NCBI GenBank assembly: GCA_023819145.1
Contig: JAMWCW010000001.1
Location: 66,400 to 130,399, forward strand
Source of the DNA: Candidatus Omnitrophota bacterium
GTDB taxonomy: Bacteria; Omnitrophota; Gorgyraeia; DTHP01
Direction: 5' to 3'
Length of the DNA: 64,000 nt
The position numbers and the translations under genes were made by a program. The notes below the pieces were generated by a model. That model worked only from the letters and a program-made list of their open reading frames with translations. It was not told where the DNA came from and made no database searches. Below are positions 60,162 to 64,000 of the stretch, piece after piece (position 1 is the first letter of the stretch; every line of letters starts with the position of its first letter).

Positions 60162-61886
60162 ATGATGAATAAGAAAAAATTATGTATCACAATTGTATTT
60201 TTAACTTTATTCTTATCAGCTGGAGATATCTGTTTTGCCCGTCGAATACCCTCATATTTTAGTCTTTCGCAAATTCTTAACGCGGCGTATGTTCGAGGAT
60301 ATCTTACCCCAGAAGAGATAACTGCCCTGTATCGAAGATCTTCCGGAAAGGCAGATTTAACAGATATGCAAGGTGAGGTCAAACTTGCCATCTTACTTGA
60401 TGGGAGGTCTCTTCCTGTCAGGGTTTATGGCGGATATATCGATGTGGGACAAGACAGATTCGTTATTCAGATTAAAGGGGAAGAAGAAACAGGTTTATAT
60501 AATGAAATTATTTTCCAAGAAGGAAATGCAGGAAAACCTTTTGTTATAAATCTAAGGACCGGCGGGACCATCAGCATGGAAGAGAAAGACGAAAAAAGAG
60601 GAACAGCAAGAGATGGGCTTAAATCAGAATTACCATATATCCAGGTTGGTTCTACGAGGTGGGATTCCAGCCAGATTGGCGGAGAAGAACTGCTTACCTT
60701 AGTAAATTGTGTTTCACGGGTATTGGATTTAGGTATGGTTCCTTTGATTACGCATGGGACTGATACGATGGAGATCACCGCATTTATTCTCAGTCTTTTG
60801 TTTCCTAATAGATTTATGGTTATGACCGGTGCTTTTGATGCTGCCAACACTCCCGGAGGAGACGCTCCTATTAATTTTAGGTCTTCCCAGCAATTAGCCG
60901 AAAGTGGTAATGTTCCAGCACATCTCTATGTAGTGATGAACAATAAAATTCATTTGGGCTCACGGCTGGTGAAAGTAGGGACGTCTAAAGAATATGGATT
61001 TTTAAGTTATGGTGGCCATATTGGAGAAATAGATGAAAACGGTGTGATTCGGTTTAATAACTCTTTTCTGGTTGAAGAAAAGAGTTTTTCCTCCACTATA
61101 CTTGACCCCACAAAATACGGAATTTCTGATACGGTGTTATTTTATAGTAACGCTTACTTACCACTTATTGCTATCAAGACACTAACCACACAATTAATCA
61201 CCAAAAAGGAATCTGGTGGAAGACCGGGTTTAGTTATAGAAGGAAGTCTCCCCCCAGGAAGCGAACCTTTCTTGGATATGCTTTTTCAGAGAGGTATTCC
61301 CGTATTTGTAGAGGATGTTAATCAGGAAATTACAGGCGTTTTTAAAATCCCCGATTGGCTTAGTCCTTTGCAGGCTTGGGCAAAACTCAGTTTATTGCTC
61401 AATCAATTTGAGAACGAGGTGATACCAGATTTAATGCTTTTAGATATAGCTGGAGAAAAGGTTTATCACGATTATCTGTGGATAAAAAAGGCAGAAGAAG
61501 TGTCTCGACCTTACAGTGAAAGGATTCCTCGTCAGAAAATCAGCGGAAATTTCTATTCTAATGCAGGGAGAGCAGTGAGTTTTGTTTTGACCTTTCCTGG
61601 CTCAATGTCAAAAGCAGTTTTGAAATCAGAGATAGATAGACTTTTGGCAACACCTGCCCAAGAAAAGATTCTTGTAATTGAAGGCGCAGGAAATGGTAAT
61701 GTTGACTTGCAGTTAAACGATTTGCTAAGCTTTGCGCTGAATAAAGGTATTAAAGTTGTAGTAATTGCCCGTCCAGTTACAGGCAGAGCAGATCTAAGCT
61801 ATGATGTAGCACTTAAATTAGATTCCCGCTGTATACATGCGGATGGTTTGGGTAGGGACTATTTGTTGAGCTTACTTGAGCCATAG
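60162..61886 (+). CDS. secreted L-asparaginase/glutaminase-family protein, enlarged (574 aa)
   Basis: Signal peptide ITIVFLTLFLSAGDICFA; VPLITHGTDTMEITAF (asparaginase hGTDTM motif), LVIEGAGNGNV; long inserts relative to 330-aa asparaginases. Confidence 0.5.
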   Translation: MMNKKKLCITIVFLTLFLSAGDICFARRIPSYFSLSQILNAAYVRGYLTPEEITALYRRSSGKADLTDMQGEVKLAILLDGRSLPVRVYGGYIDVGQDRFVIQIKGEEETGLYNEIIFQEGNAGKPFVINLRTGGTISMEEKDEKRGTARDGLKSELPYIQVGSTRWDSSQIGGEELLTLVNCVSRVLDLGMVPLITHGTDTMEITAFILSLLFPNRFMVMTGAFDAANTPGGDAPINFRSSQQLAESGNVPAHLYVVMNNKIHLGSRLVKVGTSKEYGFLSYGGHIGEIDENGVIRFNNSFLVEEKSFSSTILDPTKYGISDTVLFYSNAYLPLIAIKTLTTQLITKKESGGRPGLVIEGSLPPGSEPFLDMLFQRGIPVFVEDVNQEITGVFKIPDWLSPLQAWAKLSLLLNQFENEVIPDLMLLDIAGEKVYHDYLWIKKAEEVSRPYSERIPRQKISGNFYSNAGRAVSFVLTFPGSMSKAVLKSEIDRLLATPAQEKILVIEGAGNGNVDLQLNDLLSFALNKGIKVVVIARPVTGRADLSYDVALKLDSRCIHADGLGRDYLLSLLEP

Positions 61887-62010
61887 GGAATTAAAATCCT
61901 TCTAATTACTTTTTCATTGCTTATTATCCCACGGAGTGAACCTCTGATTCTTTTCTAGATTTTAGATAAATTTGTACGGAATTAGTAGAGAACTATTAAA
62001 TTTAATTTCC

Positions 62011-62039
62011 TTGACAAGCAGTCAGATAAGTTCTAAAAT
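62011..62039 (+). promoter_or_regulatory. candidate promoter TTGACA -17- TAAAAT
   Basis: TTGACA 62011-62016, TAAAAT 62034-62039, 40 nt before the Fe-S subunit gene. Confidence 0.4.
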
Positions 62040-62078
62040 ATTCCCCAATTATTGTGAAAAAAATCACAAATTTATAAA

Positions 62079-63134
62079 ATGCCTCTATACTATTTCCCCA
62101 GAGCCAAGTGTTTAGAATTCTTATCTCTTTTAGAGAAAGAATATGAGCTTTATCTCCCTTCGGTAATAGAAGGTAAAGGTATATCTTGCGAATTCGGTTA
62201 CAATTTACCGATAACCGATTTCACACTGGTGAAATACTCATCTTCTAAAGAATCCGATTTATTCTTTAATTCTTATCGAACCGTAGAGCCTTTAAAAACA
62301 TTTTTTACTTTTCCTAAAGAAAAACTTGTTTCTAAGAAAGAAAAATTTGCCATTTTGGGAGTTAAAAATTGCGATTTATTCTCTTTAAAAATTCAGGATT
62401 ATGTTTTTTTAGAAGGAATAGTTTCTGACCCTTTCTACCGAGCGAGGAGAGAAAACTCTTTAATTATCTCTGGAGATTGCACTGCTTTTAAAGAAGTATG
62501 TTTCTGTTTGTCTTTGGAAATAAATCCCTATCCTGGGGATGGTTTTGATATAAACCTCTCTCCTTTAGAAGACGGTTTTTTGGTAGAGGCGGGTTCTTTA
62601 AAAGGTGAAGAGATAATTAAGAAAGGTAAAGGCATTTTTTCCTTAGCGCAAAATGAACAGATTGCCAAACGGATTGAAAACAGAGAGGCTTTTAAGAAGA
62701 GTTTGGATAAACATATTCAATTCCATAATATTCCTAAAAAAGAGGTTCTGCAAAAAATAGTCAAAGATGGATTTAGTTCTTCTTTATGGCAGGAAGAAGC
62801 TCTCCGTTGTGTAGAATGTGGAGGATGTAATTTATCTTGTCCCACTTGTCACTGTTTTTTACTGGCTGAAGATAGATTTGGTAATGCGCACGAAAAGGTG
62901 CGCCTCTGGGATGCCTGTCTTTATGCCAATTTTGCTAGGGTAGCAGGGGGAGCTAACCCTTTGCGTTATCGTTATCAACGTTTGCGTAATCGCTATTTGA
63001 AAAAATTTGATTTTTTCCCGGAGAATATTTCTTTGTTTGCCTGTTCTGGCTGTGGAAGGTGTATTGAGGTTTGTCCGGCAAAGATTGACATCAGGAAAAA
63101 TCTAAAAGAATTAAGTGTAAGGTGTAAAGTATAA
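62079..63134 (+). CDS. 4Fe-4S dicluster subunit of an AsrA/sulfhydrogenase-beta-like oxidoreductase
   Basis: CVECGGCNLSCPTCHCF and CSGCGRCIEVCPAKIDI ferredoxin-type Cys clusters; 350 aa; followed by a PyrK/AsrB-like partner gene. Confidence 0.5.
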   Translation: MPLYYFPRAKCLEFLSLLEKEYELYLPSVIEGKGISCEFGYNLPITDFTLVKYSSSKESDLFFNSYRTVEPLKTFFTFPKEKLVSKKEKFAILGVKNCDLFSLKIQDYVFLEGIVSDPFYRARRENSLIISGDCTAFKEVCFCLSLEINPYPGDGFDINLSPLEDGFLVEAGSLKGEEIIKKGKGIFSLAQNEQIAKRIENREAFKKSLDKHIQFHNIPKKEVLQKIVKDGFSSSLWQEEALRCVECGGCNLSCPTCHCFLLAEDRFGNAHEKVRLWDACLYANFARVAGGANPLRYRYQRLRNRYLKKFDFFPENISLFACSGCGRCIEVCPAKIDIRKNLKELSVRCKV

Positions 63135-63203
63135 AGTATGTATGATTTTTTTTGAATAAGCGGGAATTTATATCCTGTATATTTCATATTGAATAATACT
63201 AAG

Positions 63204-64000
63204 ATGGATAATCCTTATCAACCTCTAAAAGCAACTTTAGAAACGATAATCACGGAAACGCCGAATATTAAAACTTTTGTGATGAAACCGGAAAAAGATT
63301 TTTCTTTTAAAACAGGGCAGTTTATTGAAGTTTCTTTTCCTGGTTTTGGAGAGGGACCTTTTACTCCCTCCTCTGACCCAGAGGTTAAGAATAGATTAGA
63401 AGTAACAATTATGAATGTCGGGAGACTTACTTCTAAACTCCATAGCCTTAGTGGGGGAGAGGTATTGGGGATACGTGGACCATATGGCAAAGGTTATCCT
63501 TTGGATAAATTTGTGGATAAGGACGTTTTAATAGTTGGTGGAGGAGTGGGACTTGCTCCTTTACGCTCTCTGCTTTTTGCCCTTTTTTCTGATATTAAGA
63601 GGTATAATAAAGTCATCTTGCGTTACGGAGCCCGTTCTCCCCAAGATATTGTTTATAAAAATTCTCTTCCCGAATGGGGCAAAAGAGAAAAAGTAGATGT
63701 TTTGGTTACTGTAGATGTCGGAGATAATAGTTGGAAAGGGAATGTGGGTTTGGTCACTTCTATCCTCAAAGATTTGCCTTTGGAGATAAGTAGGGCGGTA
63801 GCGGTTGTTTGTGGGCCACCGATAATGATGAAGTTTGTTACCTTGAAATTAGTGGATTTGGGTTTTGGTGCTCAGGATATCTATCTTTCAATGGAAAAGA
63901 ATATGTCCTGTGGTTTGGGAAAATGTGGGCATTGTCGACTGGGAAAATACTATGTCTGTCGCGATGGTCCGGTGTTTACCTATCAAGAGATGAAGGATAT
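63204..64000 (+). CDS. FAD/NAD(P)-binding 2Fe-2S oxidoreductase subunit (PyrK/AsrB/HydG-like), 3-prime truncated by the window edge
   Basis: FKTGQFIEVSFPG (FAD-binding beta-barrel), GGGVGLAPLRSL (NAD GGxGxxP), C-terminal MSCGLGKCGHCRLGKYYVCRDGP 2Fe-2S motif; open to the window end. Confidence 0.6.
   Translation, partial: MDNPYQPLKATLETIITETPNIKTFVMKPEKDFSFKTGQFIEVSFPGFGEGPFTPSSDPEVKNRLEVTIMNVGRLTSKLHSLSGGEVLGIRGPYGKGYPLDKFVDKDVLIVGGGVGLAPLRSLLFALFSDIKRYNKVILRYGARSPQDIVYKNSLPEWGKREKVDVLVTVDVGDNSWKGNVGLVTSILKDLPLEISRAVAVVCGPPIMMKFVTLKLVDLGFGAQDIYLSMEKNMSCGLGKCGHCRLGKYYVCRDGPVFTYQEMKD

Overview
Low-GC (~38%) bacterial chromosomal segment with AGGAGG-type ribosome-binding sites (RBS), standard genetic code and Gram-negative-type envelope genes (TolC-like, membrane-fusion and two AcrB-like RND genes). 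Phylum cannot be assigned. All gene calls rest on motifs read by eye; no database search was possible.

Layout:
(1) 290-18471: ten consecutive genes each start with a signal-peptide/TM-like stretch followed 5-12 residues later by a conserved hydrophobic-x-Arg-Arg-[I/V/L/A]-[K/R/H]-[T/S/N] motif. They encode divergent paralogues of core glycolytic enzymes (PGK, GAPDH, class II FBA, PFK, split PEP synthase/PPDK), plus a methyltransferase, a kinase-like protein, an aminotransferase and two unknowns. A subtilisin-like S8 peptidase sits in the block. Several of the enzymes are tandem pseudo-duplications with one degenerate copy. No described sorting system matches this.
(2) 18484-30380: two giant secreted repeat proteins (1378 aa YD-repeat; 2015 aa with a Gly15 run) bracketed by REP/BIME-like inverted hairpin pairs, followed by a REP-associated tyrosine transposase (RAYT) gene flanked by two further REP pairs.
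(3) 30440-43564: envelope/efflux block. Small I9-propeptide-like lipoprotein, TolC-like outer-membrane protein with AMIN-like N-terminus, membrane-fusion protein, two AcrB-like RND pumps (the first with a C-terminal wHTH extension), and a coiled-coil protein sharing a C-terminal beta-domain with the TolC-like protein.
(4) 43825-64000: housekeeping and osmoadaptation. MscS, OtsA, OtsB, GT4, peptidoglycan-binding lipoprotein, TsaC/Sua5, Pcm, membrane-fused spermidine-synthase-like protein, class A beta-lactamase-like protein, ABC substrate-binding protein, ROK regulator, BFN nuclease, Tat-signal AmmeMemoRadiSam radical SAM, asparaginase-like protein, AsrA/AsrB-like Fe-S oxidoreductase pair.

Non-coding features: a 29-bp promoter duplicated verbatim at 2261 and 3913, composite GTAAT/AACGAA microsatellites at two sites, a 16-bp tandem repeat, and a palindromic operator-like site at the mscS promoter. 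No CRISPR array, rRNA or tRNA was seen.
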